A stretch of 63,986 nt of DNA, filler included, from Gonapodya sp. JEL0774 (GCA_027604505.1; 3 parts of 3 records of this genome joined end to end with filler, not necessarily neighbours in it), one strand, 5' to 3'. Positions 12,661 through 26,225 are shown, counted from the first letter of the whole stretch. Notes: generated by a model from the sequence alone, not told the origin. Made by a program: numbers and translations.

Positions 12661-13339
12661 CCGAACCCAACCCTGTATGCCTTGGCCGCATCAAACCCTG
12701 TTACACCAACAAGCGATTCCTTCATGAATTCAATCGCCGGCTCCGATCGTACTGTGTACGCGCGAGCGGACCGAGCTTAGGCCAGATACAGAGCTCGGAG
12801 TGCCTTTCCCCGGGCACCCCGTTGCTTGTGGCAAGAGAGTGGAAGGCGACGTATGTGAGTTTCCTAGTCTGCTCGGTGGTTTTTGGCGAGGACCACGCGT
12901 CCTCGGCGGGCGGAGCGAGGGGAGCAGGAGATGTAGGTGCGTGGGCGGGGAATTTGGACAGGAGTATGATTAGGGTGTCGGGTTGACGGACTTGTGGGGG
13001 TAGGAGGTGATGAGTCGCGGATGGCCAAGAAGGGTGGGAAGTGGTGGTGCGGTTGGTGTCAGCGTGGAGCTGATTGCAGGATTTTGCAGTGTTCTTGGAC
13101 GGCTTGACAGCAGCAAAATCGAGGTGGTGTGCAGGTCAACACATCTGAATGCCACGCCTCACCACTATCGTACACTCACCCCTGCTCCGGGATCACTCTC
13201 GTGCGCTGCTTTTTAGAGGAGAAGAATACGATTTTAAGGAGGCGAAGGTGAGGGAGTGAGGTGTTAAAATAAATGTCCCTTTGTGCTAATGCGGTTCCAA
13301 CTTTTCTAAAAAACTGCTCACGCCATCACCTCCTATCCC

Positions 13340-13981
13340 GTGGCAACCTCGACGCTTGTCCAAGTCGATCCCATAAACGCTACACCTCCAGATCACCTTA
13401 ACCTTTCCCTTTCGTCCTCGTCCTCATCCACGCCTCCATCGGCGTTCCCTGGTCTCCGCCACCTCTTTCTGGAATACGACCTTCAGAGTCAGTTTTCTAC
13501 ACCACGCCTGAGACACCACGTGCTCTTCGGATTCCTTCTTGGTCCGCAATGGCATCCAGGCACCGCGACGATGGTCACAGCGCAGGGTACGGGGCTCAAA
13601 GGTTCTTCGGTGCAAAATCCGTGACAAATTCAGCGATACCACCTCTGCAGGCGGTGTGCTTTCACGACAGGCTTGGGCTACTCCATGAAACGTGTCGCGT
13701 GGGAGGGCAACCTTTTCGTAGACCCGCAACAGGCATGGCCACATGCACCACTACTGCCGCATGCGCCGCCACATCGAGCACGCCGACTTCGATATGCCCG
13801 GCAAGCCACCGAGTGTGAAACAGTCACCAACATCCTCCGCCTCCTCCATACTGCGAGGGTGTTCTCATGGTTCCACGATACACGGTACCTTCGTTACTGG
13901 ACTTGTGCGAGGCGCGCGCGTTTGCGCATAGAGGCTGGTGGTGTGAAAGGCTCAGCTCTTGGTGTAGTGGGTAGCCAGTGA
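13340..13981 (+). pseudogene. Fragmented hypothetical coding sequence
   Basis: Overlapping short ORFs in different frames with protein-like text (FPGLRHLFLEYDL...; LGYSMKRVAWEG...). No family recognised. Confidence 0.2.
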
Positions 13982-14646
13982 GCAGGTAGGGATGGTACCG
14001 GAGAGGGAGTGTTGAGGATCATGGAGGAGTCCGGCGTGGTGCACCCCGTATGAGCCCACATGCGGCAGCCCCAGTTCGGGCGACATTCTCCAGTCCTCGA
14101 GAGTCAAGGCCGATCTAGGTTTACCGTCCTTAATAGGTGCCTAGCCCATCACAAAAGGCCATCACAGCGGCCCTTGGCGAATCTCTTAGTGCGGTTGTTC
14201 CACACTACGGTGAAATGGTGCGGAGGGGGTGCATTGTGAAATGCGCTTGGATGACCGTGCACTGTGTGAAGTGGGTTGCAGGTGTGGCGGAACGGAAGGT
14301 GAGTGGGGACTATTCAAGTTCATGTGTTATGGTTGTCCCAGGCTTCTTGCGCCCGTTTCACCCATCGGTCTTTGGGAGTGTCTCTACGCTGCAACGAGCG
14401 ATGATGAGTTTGTCCGTACATAAGACTCTGTCGACACCCCAGCAAAGCCATAGTCCCGCAAACCTCATTGATATTTCCTCTCACCAAGCTTGATTTCATT
14501 CAAAAACTGGATTCAAGCTCTGAACAGATTACAGATCACCTCGTAATGTTACATAACCCACATCATTTAAACCTAATCCTCCTTCATGATGATCTCACAT
14601 TATTCATAGAGTTAAAATTACCCAACATGTGTTGACATTCCAAGAC

Positions 14647-16480
14647 TTAAAGGAACACATTATCAAAAGAAGAGATTCGGGCCTTACAAACAGGGCATTC
14701 CTGAACTCGCGGAGCACAGTCTCCACACATAATGACGTGGTGGCTTTTGTGTTGTGTAGTGACGCAAGTGATATAACAGAAACAGTAAGACGTGCCCAAA
14801 AGGAACAACTGATGAGTATTAGGGCCCTTCAAATGGAGTTGAGGAGCTAGATGCACCAGCAGTCTCACCATGGCTTGAGCATAGTGGACTTCGGCTTGTC
14901 CATGCAAACAATCTGGTTCAACATATTTCGCACAAAGAATTGAATGAAAAGGAAATTGAGGATGAAAAAATGTGGAGCTTGCAGTTTTTGAACTTACACA
15001 ATCCATTGTAGATCTATCTTGCCGAGCCGGTGGAGCGGTCCTTCGTGCTGCATGCGGTGGGGCATGCGGTGGGGTATCCGGTGTTCCGGGTTCTGCTTGA
15101 GCGTTCATCAATAACAGTTCAAGCACCTTTTCCCCAATTATCTCAGACCCGAGCGTAGAGGTGCTTGGCTCTTCTTCAAAGATTGCCACAACAGCGGCAG
15201 ATATTTGGTCAACACTGCAATTTGCAGCTGTGCGGATTTCGTTGATCATCTGCCTGGGGAGAAAGTTGGTCAGTACGAAATTACTTGAAGAAGCTTCGGC
15301 AGCAGGTGGCACAGTGGGAGGGCTAGGGCTTAAAGTGGGAAGACTGGACTGGAATGAATTCCAGTACCGGGTGAGAACAAACACATTTTAATTGGACAAT
15401 CGCGTTCAAAAAGTACACACCCCAAGTTCAGCAACGTATGAAAATGGAAAAGAACCGTATTGGTTCGTATCAATGTTTCGGGCCTATGTGCATTGAATGA
15501 CTGCAAATCGATCACACATTCAGTTATAGGACCTCATATATAACACCCACGTATCCTTTTCCATTGAAGTATTTGCGAGAACAGAAAACTAGATCTCCAA
15601 CTTCTAATTTGATGCTGACATTGTCCTGGCCAGTACAAGGCCGAACAACAACCATACATCGCCCGATGACCCTCGAGTTCGAGTCGTTGTCCTCCGAACC
15701 AGCATTAGACTTTGCGCGCTCAGACAGTTGATCCTCCAAAAACTCCACAAAACGCCGGTCAGTATGGAGGTTGGCAAGTTGAAGTACTTCATCCGTGATT
15801 TCCGCCCCAGCATCCACCAGGGCTCGAAGAATGCCAAGTTTTGGTTTGATGAGCACAGTCTGAGTGTTTTCACCCAGACTGACAGGATTGCTGACAAGAA
15901 CAAGATCCCCAGGTTTGTTGGTTAAGTAAAATCCCTGGTTTGCAAGGGTGTTGAGATCCTGGTCCTCGACGACCCCGGTTTCTGCCGTCATGCTGTACGT
16001 TCCACCAGTTTCATCAGTAATATTGGCGCCTCGACCAAGCGCTAATGCAAGAGGGCTGCTGAATACATATCGGATTGGAAAGGAGCCCTTTTCCCATTCT
16101 CTTTGGGACCAAGCTCGACCCTGGTCAACCTTGAAACCGGGGATATACCAATCCTCCTGTCCGTTGGGAGCATCTCCGTATGCAAGGAGCTCACGAACAG
16201 TGTCCTCGTGTCCTCTCATAATAGCTAAAGCGAGGGCACTTTCGCAGTGCAGCTTTCGGGTTTCGGTGTTTGTGCCACCCCCATCGGACTGAACGAGGCA
16301 CGAGACAGTCACTGTTTTCCAGGCCCTGCCCGGTCGCGCACCATTGATCAAAAGAGTGTGAGCAGTCGCGGTATCGCCGGTCTCCGCGGCCACTACCAGC
16401 TCTCGATCCTTAGGCTCTGGGGTCGCGAGAAGTGCACCGAGGAGGAGGGCTGCCAGTCGCGACTCCAGCTCACTACCCAT
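14647..16480 (-). CDS. Ankyrin repeat - SH3 - RING (C3HC4, IAP/Mind-bomb-like) protein, putative E3 ubiquitin ligase
   Basis: ANK-like: LVVAAETGDTATAHTLLINGA and ESALALAIMRGHEDTVRELLAYG. SH3-like after splicing: VVRPCTGQDNVSIKLEVGDLVFCSRKYFNGKGY-ARNIDTNQYGSFPFSYV. RING over two introns: DC-IVCMDKPKSTMLKPC-HHVIMCGDCAPRVQECPVCKARISSFDNVFL*. Confidence 0.85.
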
Positions 16481-17967
16481 TCCGAAATAGGACGATTTTG
16501 TCTCGAGAGGTGTGAAGGAAAAAGGGAAGAGCTGTGGCGTTTTGATAGGATTGTGGGGTTTGCTGTGGATCACCCTTACGAAGCCGAATATAAGCTTGAA
16601 CCACAAGAAAATCAAATGGAAATGTAGAGTGTTATTTATTCGTGTAACTTCCATTGACTAATGTGTCACTTCGCTTCTCCGGCCGTGGACTTTTTTCGGT
16701 CATCTTGCAAGAGGAAACTTGCGTAAATATCCATTCCTTCTGAACTGCAGGCGACCGTAGTATCGCCGGAAACGTCAGACGGAATTGAACAGGCGTTCCA
16801 GGAAAGCTGCCCCTTTCAAACACGCGGATGCGGCAGTGCTGGAAATCCCTGCACCGTGCATCATGTGGAGGAGTGCGTTACTTCCATGAAAAGAAAGGAG
16901 CAAATAGAACTGTCCACTTTTGACTTCAGACTACCCATCCCAGTTCTGCCAGTCATCTTCACGGCAACACGGGGAGACAAAATAGTGGGGATCCCACTCC
17001 TCACACAAAGCCATGAATCATCCTCTCCGCTCGTACACCTCCAATCAACTCACCTCCCCTCGGTCGTCTTGTCCATCCGGCAGTTCTTGAGGCCTAGCTG
17101 CGGTGCTTCTCTCTGGCAAAGACTGGCAAGCCACCAGCATTCGATGGCGATGGTCAGATGATTGTGTCACTTTGGAGCGTAGATGCTGGCCATGCACGTG
17201 GATTCTCGGAGCAATCATACTCTAAAAACGAGACCAATGTCCGTGCTTCACTTGGCTACTCTCTCGATACACCCATTCATTGCCGGCAAACTCATCGCTC
17301 GCTCGTCGAATGAAGAGTTTGGAGTCTCTTTGAGAGCGTCCAGGCTCGGCAAAATGTACATGTTCTTTGAGCGATGTCATTTATCGTGAACGTCTCAAGC
17401 AAACCGAATGGAGAACCACTTGCCACAACGATATTCAGCTTACTCCAAGAGAGAAAGCTCCGCTGGAGCAACCAATGGGAGGTTGATGAGGTTCCCCATC
17501 CTTGATACCGGAGGTAACCTAACCATGCTTTCGCTGTTTTCAGCAAAGACAGTGTGGGGACGAAAGCGCAATTTCGACGCCAAATGAAGCTCTAGCCTGG
17601 CTCACCAGCTAGCGTCGGATTTGAGTGTTAACTATCACAGTTAAAATGGTAGTGATGTTCTACCGACGAGCATGTTCCGTCGTGGCAAAAAAAGAACAAG
17701 CTCGTTTACATTGCGAAGGTCCCCTTCGTGTGAAAACGATATTTCTCTTAAGAGCTACACGAATCAATTAGGCTGCGGGTACGGGTCCGAGGAGGGGGGG
17801 AGAGGCGACAGGTTGAGCAAGGCCGGCGATCCGAGCGAGTGGTGGAGGGAGGGGTGCAGCTACGCGGGCGGGGGAAGGGGGGGGAAGTGTGGTGTATGGG
17901 TGGGCAGGAGGGTCGACGCGCTCCCGTCCCCCGGCAGGTCCACGCCATACACCTTGACCGGAGCAAC

Positions 17968-18115
17968 GAGGCGGGGTATGGGTGCAGACAGGACCAGCGA
18001 GGTGACGGAAATGGGCGGCGGCGGTGCGGGGGCTGGGCGCGGAGGCGGGGTATGGGTGCAGACAGGACCACCGTGGTGACGGAAATGGGCGGCGGCGGTG
18101 CGGGGGCTGGGCGCG
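17968..18115. repeat. 74-bp tandem duplication (2 near-identical copies) in a GC-rich block
   Basis: 'gaggcggggtatgggtgcagacaggacca...ggtgacggaaatgggcggcggcggtgcgggggctgggcgcg' at 17968 and 18042. Confidence 0.85.
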
Positions 18116-19351
18116 CAGGCGGGCGGGACATGGGCGCCCAGTGCGGCGAGCGTGGAGAGGGAGAAAGTGGAGTGCAGGTGTGGACGTGGACGTGGTCGGC
18201 CGGTGTGTCGATATCACGAGTGACGTCCGTGGTGGAGGGGTGCGTGGCGTGGTGGCGCCGGCGGCGTTGCGGCCACCTCCCACAGCGCCAACCCCCCCTC
18301 GTCACGATCACTCTCGTCCCCTTCCCCACCACGCCTTGCATAACGGATGCGCAGTTGAGTTGGGTTGCGGAACGGGGAAAGAGTGGTCCACACATTGAAG
18401 GAGGGTCGGACACGGGGAGCACCACTACCGAGCACCGGACACAATTCCCCGCAAGAAACACAACACGCTCGCCTTCCCAGCCTCGCGTCGGTCCCCTCCC
18501 CTTTCTCTTGCCTTTCCTCCTTTCAAGGGGATGAGAGGGAAGGAAGGAAGGAAGGGGGGAACGGGAACGACAACGGGACCACGAGAGCGGTAGTTGGAAG
18601 GTTGTGGTGGTGGACGGGCGTTCGGTAACGAGGGAAGGGAAAGGAGCGTGGGTGGTGAGAAGGAAGGAGTGCGTCACTAAGGCGGGGGCCTTGGGGAAAG
18701 TCTTGGTGGGGTTGATCCATACTGGGGTGAAATGCGTGCGGAGTGGGTGCCTTAGTGGAATGCGATTGGATGAGTTCACTGCCGTGTGTGGAGTTGGTTG
18801 TAGGTATGTTTGGCGGAATGCTGTTTCCAGCGCCGCCTGGGGCCAAACACGATGTATTTGTTTGTCTCGACTGCGTACATAGCTTGCTGATGGGCTCATT
18901 GAATTGATTACATCAGTAGGAGATAATACTCCCTCCAGTTATGTTAGTCCGTTTTCCTGCGCTCAATGTGCCCTCCTCTTAAGGACTCCGCCGGCAGACC
19001 ATGAGGATTATGCGTCTGAGGGAAAAAAATTCAGTGGAAAGCTAACAAATTCGCAAAAGCCATAGGAAAAGTGTAGAAAAAAAAAAGTTCTTGGACGGGG
19101 AGAGGGTTACTCCTGATGGAATGGGTGGCGGATATGCACAATCAAATATATTATGCAACAAAATATATTTATGCACGATACGCGTGCATTCCCGTCGTGG
19201 ATTTGTCCACCAGGACTTGTCTCTCTCATTGATCAATCTCTGATTCCTGTCGACACGCTCCCCCGCTTCCCTGTGTCGCATCCGCAGTCGACTTCTCCAT
19301 CCTGCCTTTCTCCATTCCCCCCCCTCCCCCCCTCCCCCTCCCCGCATCCTG

Positions 19352-22300
19352 ATGAAATTTGGTCGCTATCTTGAGGATGAGGCTGTTCCCGAATGGCGAC
19401 CTCGCTACGTCAAGCAAGTATTCAATCCACCAATCCTGAATGACTGAACGTAAACCCACCATATTAATTGGCCGTGTTGAATCAGCTACAAAAAGCTAAA
19501 ACGCGACGTGAAAGAGATCGCTGCTGCACTTTCTACCACTCAGCGCTCCCCTAGTTTCTACCAATTCACCCACACACCTACAGCCGATCGTCTCCCCACC
19601 TTATCCTCCTTTTACCTTCCGCGTTCAGCCACTTTTAAACCTCCTGTAGGAGTAGATTCCTCCCCCGACTCCTCTTCGTCGACTCTGCATGTTCTTCCTA
19701 TCGACCGCGCGGCCGAGTTTTCTTCTCTGAACCCGTCGGGTTTAAAATCAGCGCGCGACACAGATGTAGTACCACCGGTTGCAGGCTTCGCTCCACCCAG
19801 AAGAGGACCTACTCTTCTCAAGAAAATTGGCACCTTAGTATCCTTTGCGGGAAATAGGACCATCCGTAAGTCTACGCATCTGTCGGGCTGTGCACACTTG
19901 GCCTGTGTCTCTTGCAAAGTTCCGACGCACATCCACTTTACTACAGGGAGGAACTCCATTGTGGACCTTACAGCCATCATACCCACCCTCTTACCTTGCG
20001 AGAGAGAGTTTTTTGAATATCTAGACACCCAACTCGACGAGGTCAATGCATTCTTTGTGGAACAGTCAGCTTTCGCGGAATCACGGCTCTCTGCAATTCT
20101 CGAACAACTCACGGTATTGAAGGAGCTCCAAGCAAACCCGCAACTCCTTGCAGACGAAAGGCTTCCCTTGATTGGTATCGAGGTACAAGAGACCGCTTCA
20201 GTCATCAAGTCCCTTTCCAGCATCCCACGCAGACTCATTCAAAGGTCATTTGGTGACAAGGCACACAAATCAATCTCCTCAAGGGTTCCACCGAGTCCGA
20301 ACTCAGACTCAAACTTGGAAAGGGGTCTTTTCCGTCGAACCAACCTGGGCCAACAGGACCACTCAAACTCTCTAAATCCTCACCCTCGCGCTCCTCAAAT
20401 TCTGCTAGACCCCACCAACGACCATCAAACAATTCACACGGGCGACCAGCCCCACCAACTCAGAGAATCCGCTTCGTCCCCTGATACCGCCGTGCCCTTC
20501 TCTCCCCCCCCAGCTCCCGTTGGTCGCGCTCCCTCGCCCTCGCCTTCATCCCTGACTAAACGCAAGAATGATGGTGCTGATACGAAGAGCGCGATCGCGG
20601 GCAGAACCAAGCATGGTCAAGACGATATCTCGAAACGGAATGAGGATTTCCTCAACAAGCTGGGTCTTGACCAGGCCGTCTCCAGGCAAGGCCTCGAGGT
20701 TGCGAGATCAAAACTGAAGAAAGCGGTTCTGGAATACTACCGCTTCCTGACTCTTTTGAGAAATTTTCAAGTAAGCCGAGATATCCGCTCTGTTTTCGCT
20801 TTTTGGTCGCCATTTCAATCTGTTTCTCGGAAAACGCAGACACTTAACTCACAAGCATTCGGTAAGATCATGAAGAAGTACGAAAAATATACTGGATGGG
20901 GAGCTTTGCCACTGTACATGGCCAAAGTGAACAGTGAGCAGTAAATTTTGTTCGGGCGTCGTTTGGTGTTTCTTGCTACTGATATGATCCATCATTGATT
21001 GGTACGATGGGGTTACACAGAACGCGAAATTGTCACATCTCGAAAGCTCGATGAACTCGAACGGAAAACGGAAGCATGCTTTGCCAAATATTTTACAGAT
21101 GGAGATCAGAAGGATGGTAAGGATAACTACCGCGGAGACATGGTTGGAAATGAGCTCCTCATTTGCATTTTCCTTCTCAATATTTTCAATTAGCCAAGAA
21201 GCGTTTGCGACTCCCTGAGTCAAGACGGGATGAGCAATTTATGACAACGTGGATGACAGGAATTCTAATCGGATTGTCTGTCCCGCCGATCTTGTTTGGC
21301 CTGGAGCGAAGTACGTGATGAGACGTCGCCATGCGTAGCGAGAATCAACCTAATTTCCTACCGTTCCTCATCTCATTCAGTTTTTTCACAAGGCCTTCTT
21401 CAAACCGACTCGAATGCTCGCTTCTTGCTTCAGGCTTATGGAGGATTTGGTGTTGTGGTGGTGCTATTGCAACTGTTCTCCCTGGTAAGCTTTCAAATGC
21501 TGTTCATCGACAAGGTACCAGGGTTCATCGGCAATATCACATGCAGAACATCTTGATTTGGGAGAGGTTCAACGTCAATTACGTGTTTGTGTTCGAGTTG
21601 TGAGTTTTGCTGGTGTGGACCACGATTTGTGCAAGACTCCCAACAAGGATTCTTCACTCTCGGCACAGCGATCCACGAGACCACCTCACTCCAATCGAGT
21701 TCTTGGACTTGAGCTCTACTCTTCTCTGCATCTCTTCATATTGCTTCTATTTGACCTGTGAGCTCAAACCAACCACCGCTCTCCACACAGACCGTATCAG
21801 GGATCAACTGAGCATCGTCCACTTTTCATTTTTCAGTTGACAATTGGTTCTCGTTCATTAGCTACACGGCGTATCCTGCTATATTGATCGTAGTCCTTGC
21901 TGCACTTGTGTTGAATCCGTTCAGGACTCTCTTTCCAACGGCTCGATTTTGGTTTCTGCGCACAATTTGGAGAATTATAACATCAGGCGTTCGTGCCGTC
22001 CAGTTCCGAGACTTCTTCATCACGGACAATTTGAATTCCGTTACATACGCTTTTACTGCTCTAGATCAAGCATTTGTCTGTGCTTACTCCAACTCTTGGA
22101 CTGATTTACGTGAGTCATCCCTGTCAAAAATGTCACCACCGAGTTTCTCGTTCATGGGCGCGATCCTGATACTTCCTTAAGCTGCGAAGTGTTCGTCAAT
22201 GGACACATGGACGATATCAGCATTTACAGCGATTCCCGCTTTTTTGCGTCTAGTTCAATGTCTCCGTCGCTTTTCAGTAAGCTTCTTTTCTTGGAGATTC

Positions 22301-23274
22301 ACTGGTCTCCGAACTGATACACTCTTACGCCGATTAGGACTCTGGAAACGGTGACTGTTCCCACAATTCATTGTACTCTCGCGAGCACAGTTATGTAATT
22401 TCTTTCTGTCCAAAGCTCACCCTCACCTTTCCAATGCGTTGAAGTATCTCCTTTCCTTGTGCGTGATATTCACGGCTGCTTGGTCCAACCAAGATAACAC
22501 ATGGGCATCAAGAAGTATCTGGATCGTGTTTTGCATGCTGTCGACAAGCTATTCCTATGCCTGGGATATATGGTTTGATTGGGGACTCTTCCGTCGGAAT
22601 GTGAAGCATCCGCTGCTTCGAGAGGAATTACTCTATCCTCCGTATGCTTATGTTAGTATCCAAAGCATATTTGCAATTGGTGCTCGGCTCACTAAAACCT
22701 TTCTGACCCTCTTTCCAGTACACTGGCATGATTGCCAATGCAATTTTGCGTATCACTTGGGTATTCTCCATATCGCCATCCCACTGGGGTATTGTAGTGG
22801 ATGGACGTGTTATCGCCTTCTTTCTCGCGTTGTTGGAAGGTATGTATGTTGAGAATGGGAATTTTTCTTCCGTTTGGCACTTGTTTCTACTCGTCGGATT
22901 TACCACGCGCCTTGGCCTCAATTTTTACGCTTTGTCCAGTCTTTCGGAGATTTCAGTGGAATGTGTTCCGGATGGAGAACGAGCATCTCACAAACGTCGG
23001 AAATTTCAGGGCTGTGAAGGTGAGAGAACCACCTTTTTCTGTTGCCACATAGTTGTTGGAACTTCGAACCGTAATACAATCATTTGCATCTCCCGTGTAG
23101 GACATTCCTCTACCCCTCAAATTGAATCGAAAGGACAATAACGATGACTGGGACGATAAAGAGGACAAAGGCAGGGTGGGATCAGGGCTGAGCGCGGAAC
23201 TTCTGGGAGTTGCTGAGTCACCACGTCTTGTGACGCATACCACCATCCCATCAACGGGCTCTCCAGGGAATTAA
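19352..23274 (+). CDS. SYG1: SPX-EXS domain protein (SYG1/XPR1/PHO1 family, putative phosphate exporter)
   Basis: [124 protein letters not shown]. Confidence 0.93.
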
Positions 23275-23993
23275 ATCTGAGGTACCGTGACGGGAGATGA
23301 GCTGACGGCACATGAATATGTGACCAGCCGAAGCTCACAGTAGTCTCGTCCCATCCTCCCGGACTGATTTAAAAATGAGTGGGATTATGTCGGAGAAATC
23401 TCAATGGTGTAGAAACAGAGAATGAATGAATGTCTGCGCTTCGTCTCCACTAAATCGATTCTTGATGAGGGTAGCGGGGAACTGGGACACTACATGACTT
23501 TGTTACTGCACTTTGATGTTTTCGAGGGCCCGCAAGTACCGTGCCGGCTGACTGCCACGAGTTCGTTATAGAAAATAAACTCAAATGTTGAGGCTCAGAG
23601 TTGCACGATTGGGAGCGGAGCGACGAACGGAGGGGCGAGTAGACGCTGCGGTGCTCCTGCATCTGTGGAGTGGACGTTTGTCTTACTACCTTCTGGTTGA
23701 TCAGGGTTCCTGTCTGACTCGAGTTCATCGAATGCGTAATCGTCCCAAAACGTCTCTGTTCCTCCACCAATGTGATTGCGGACCTGAGTTTCCTCGCATT
23801 TGCCGCCAGTCAAAAGCTGGCGGACTCGGTGTGTTTCTCCATCCTCAACGGCCCCTATCCGCTGGCTATCTTGAGAGCTGGATATCGCGTTGATTTGTGT
23901 CGCTGACAGGTATTTGTGGACAGCGCGGGTGCTGCATTCGGTCGGCCCACTCTGAACCGACCCGAAGGATCATTTGTCACTCATTTATTTCCA

Positions 23994-24982
23994 ATGACTT
24001 CAACTCTCGTTATCACCCCGCTCCCTCGCTTTGGTGCCTCGGTTTCAGGAGTGCATCTCTCCTCTATCTCGGACGCCGAGTTTGCTCGAATTGAAGATGC
24101 ATTCCACACACATGCCCTTCTAGTTTTCCCGGGGGCGAACATCAGCCCCACAGAGCAAGCTGCTTTTGCAAAGCGAATTGGAAGAATTGAATACATTATC
24201 CCTGGCACAGATGCGGTCAGAATTAGCAACAAAACGCCAGAAGGAAATTTCCTGTCGCTGCAAGACCACCAGGCAATGATCCTGAAGGGGAACGAAGGAT
24301 GGCACACAGATTCGTCTTATCAGCATGTCTCTGCTCTTGCGAGCTTCCTCAGCTGTCACGCAATACCGAGTGCGGGGGGCAGCACCGAATGGGCTGACTG
24401 TCGTGCAGCATACGACAACCTTGCTTCAGAAGCTCAATCTCGGATAGAAAAGCTCTCTGCTTTTCACTCGCTATTGCATAGTCAGGCGAAGATCGGCCAC
24501 CAGGCCGCCGTGGGGTCCTCCTACGGCATGCACCAGTACACTCCCCCGCTACGACCTCTGGTGAAAGTGCATCCTCGAACGGGGAGAAAAGCATTGTACA
24601 TTGGCCGGCACGCATTTGGAATCCCTGGTCTACCCGATAAAGAGTCTGAGCGGCTCTTGGACGATCTGGTGGAGCATGCGACCCAGCCCCAGTTCGTGCA
24701 CGTCCACCAATGGAAGCGAGGAGATGCGGTTCTTTGGTGAGTGTAAGCTTTCTGCACTTTGTCTTGTATCACACAATCCCGACTCTCGATATCTTCATTC
24801 ATTCAACAATCGATTCCGACGCCCAAATCCCTCACAGGGACAATCGCTGCCTCCTCCACCGAGCCCGTCCATACGCGATGCTTAACGAAGAACGCACTCT
24901 GTGGCACGTGCGCATCCGCGGGGAAGACACGGAACGGTCTTTGAATGCAAACGAAGTGGAGCAATCCGGGGCGAGGATATGA
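23994..24982 (+). CDS. Fe(II)/2-oxoglutarate dioxygenase, TauD/TfdA family, SdpA-like; one intron (about 24737-24837)
   Basis: HxD motif in GNEGWHTDSSY; GGSTEWADCRAAYD; PLVKVHPRTGRKALYIGRHA; HQWKRGDAVLW-DNRCLLHRA. Confidence 0.93.
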
Positions 24983-25331
24983 GTCTGAGGGAGAAATTGT
25001 GCTCGTCGGCTTCCGTCGTGCTTGCGAGATCAAGAAAGAGTGAATGTATTTTCGTGAAGGGAAATGGACTTTTGGGTGGTCGATTTTACCTCCAGTTTTC
25101 ACTTTAATGCTGTCGTTGATCCGAATACAAACGTAAATTTCTTTCGTCTGTGAACTGATCATGTGACAGAGCCCTGTATGGAGTCTAGCTCCTATGTTCG
25201 GGTGCCGGGAACGGTCTCAAAGTTTCCGATTTTTCCACCAATCCATCATTTAAAGCACTCCCTCTCAGGAGAGCTTGCCACGCCATTATCTTATCTCCAT
25301 CAGCTCAACCCCTCGCCCTCACGTTTTGGAA

Positions 25332-26225
25332 ATGGTTCTTGCTCATTACCTTTCGCTCTTGGAATCGCACCCCATCTTGATAAAGGCACTCACGTCCGCT
25401 CTGCTGGCAGCAGCGGGCGACATTGTCGCGCAATTACTGGAGCGTAGAAAATTGGGCGCTTCCGTTCACTTGGTCACTCAGGAGTCACACTCCTGCAGCT
25501 CAGCCCAATTTGGGATCCCGTGGTGGTCCCCGTCTCGCACGCTCCGCCTCGCATCTTACGGCCTTCTCGTCGCCGCACCGTTGACTCACTTTTGGTACAT
25601 TCTCTTGGACCACGTATTGGGATCTTCGATGAGCGGAGATGTTGCAATCGCAAAAGTAGCGGTGGATCAGATCCTGATGGCTCCTGTATCCACAGCCATT
25701 TTTTTCGCCTATCAAGGCATGCTTCAACAATGGACCCGTCGTAGAATCCAGGCTAAGCTCGAACAGGACCTTTGGCCTACCCTCGTAGCGAACTGGGCAC
25801 TTTGGCCGGTCGTCCTTCTCGTTTCCTTCATGCTCGTCCCCTTGGATTTTAGAGTTCTCTGGATGAACGTTGTGGGACTAGGTAAGCTTTCTGCGCGCAC
25901 ATATTACAGAAAGTCATAATTGCGGGTCAGGATGATTGGGAATGGATACTTTATTATCAGCTCAATACGAGCTCCAGTACCTGACCTCATTTGCATTTCG
26001 AACGCAAAAATATCGATGATGGTTCCAATTGTTTCTGCACTGTCCTTTTCCATAGGTTGGAACACTTACCTCTCTCTGGCTCAAGAACGATCTGCTGACT
26101 CTGACGGGGACGGTATTGAACTCAGCAATGTGGATGTGAAGAACGATTGGGGAGGAGAATGGGCGAAACAGCCATTGGAGGCGCCAACCTTGGAGGCGCT
26201 TTACGAAAAGGCACGACAAAGATGA
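25332..26225 (+). CDS. Mpv17/PMP22 family membrane protein
   Basis: [81 protein letters not shown]. One intron at about 25882-26056. Confidence 0.9.

Noticed and set aside
14137..14493. Cys-containing ORFs resembling a decayed RING
   Set aside because: Cys/His spacing cannot be reconstructed convincingly.
17748..18899. 383-aa minus ORF and overlapping long ORFs
   Set aside because: Several frames are open because of high GC, no domain is recognisable, and the 74-bp duplication breaks frame.
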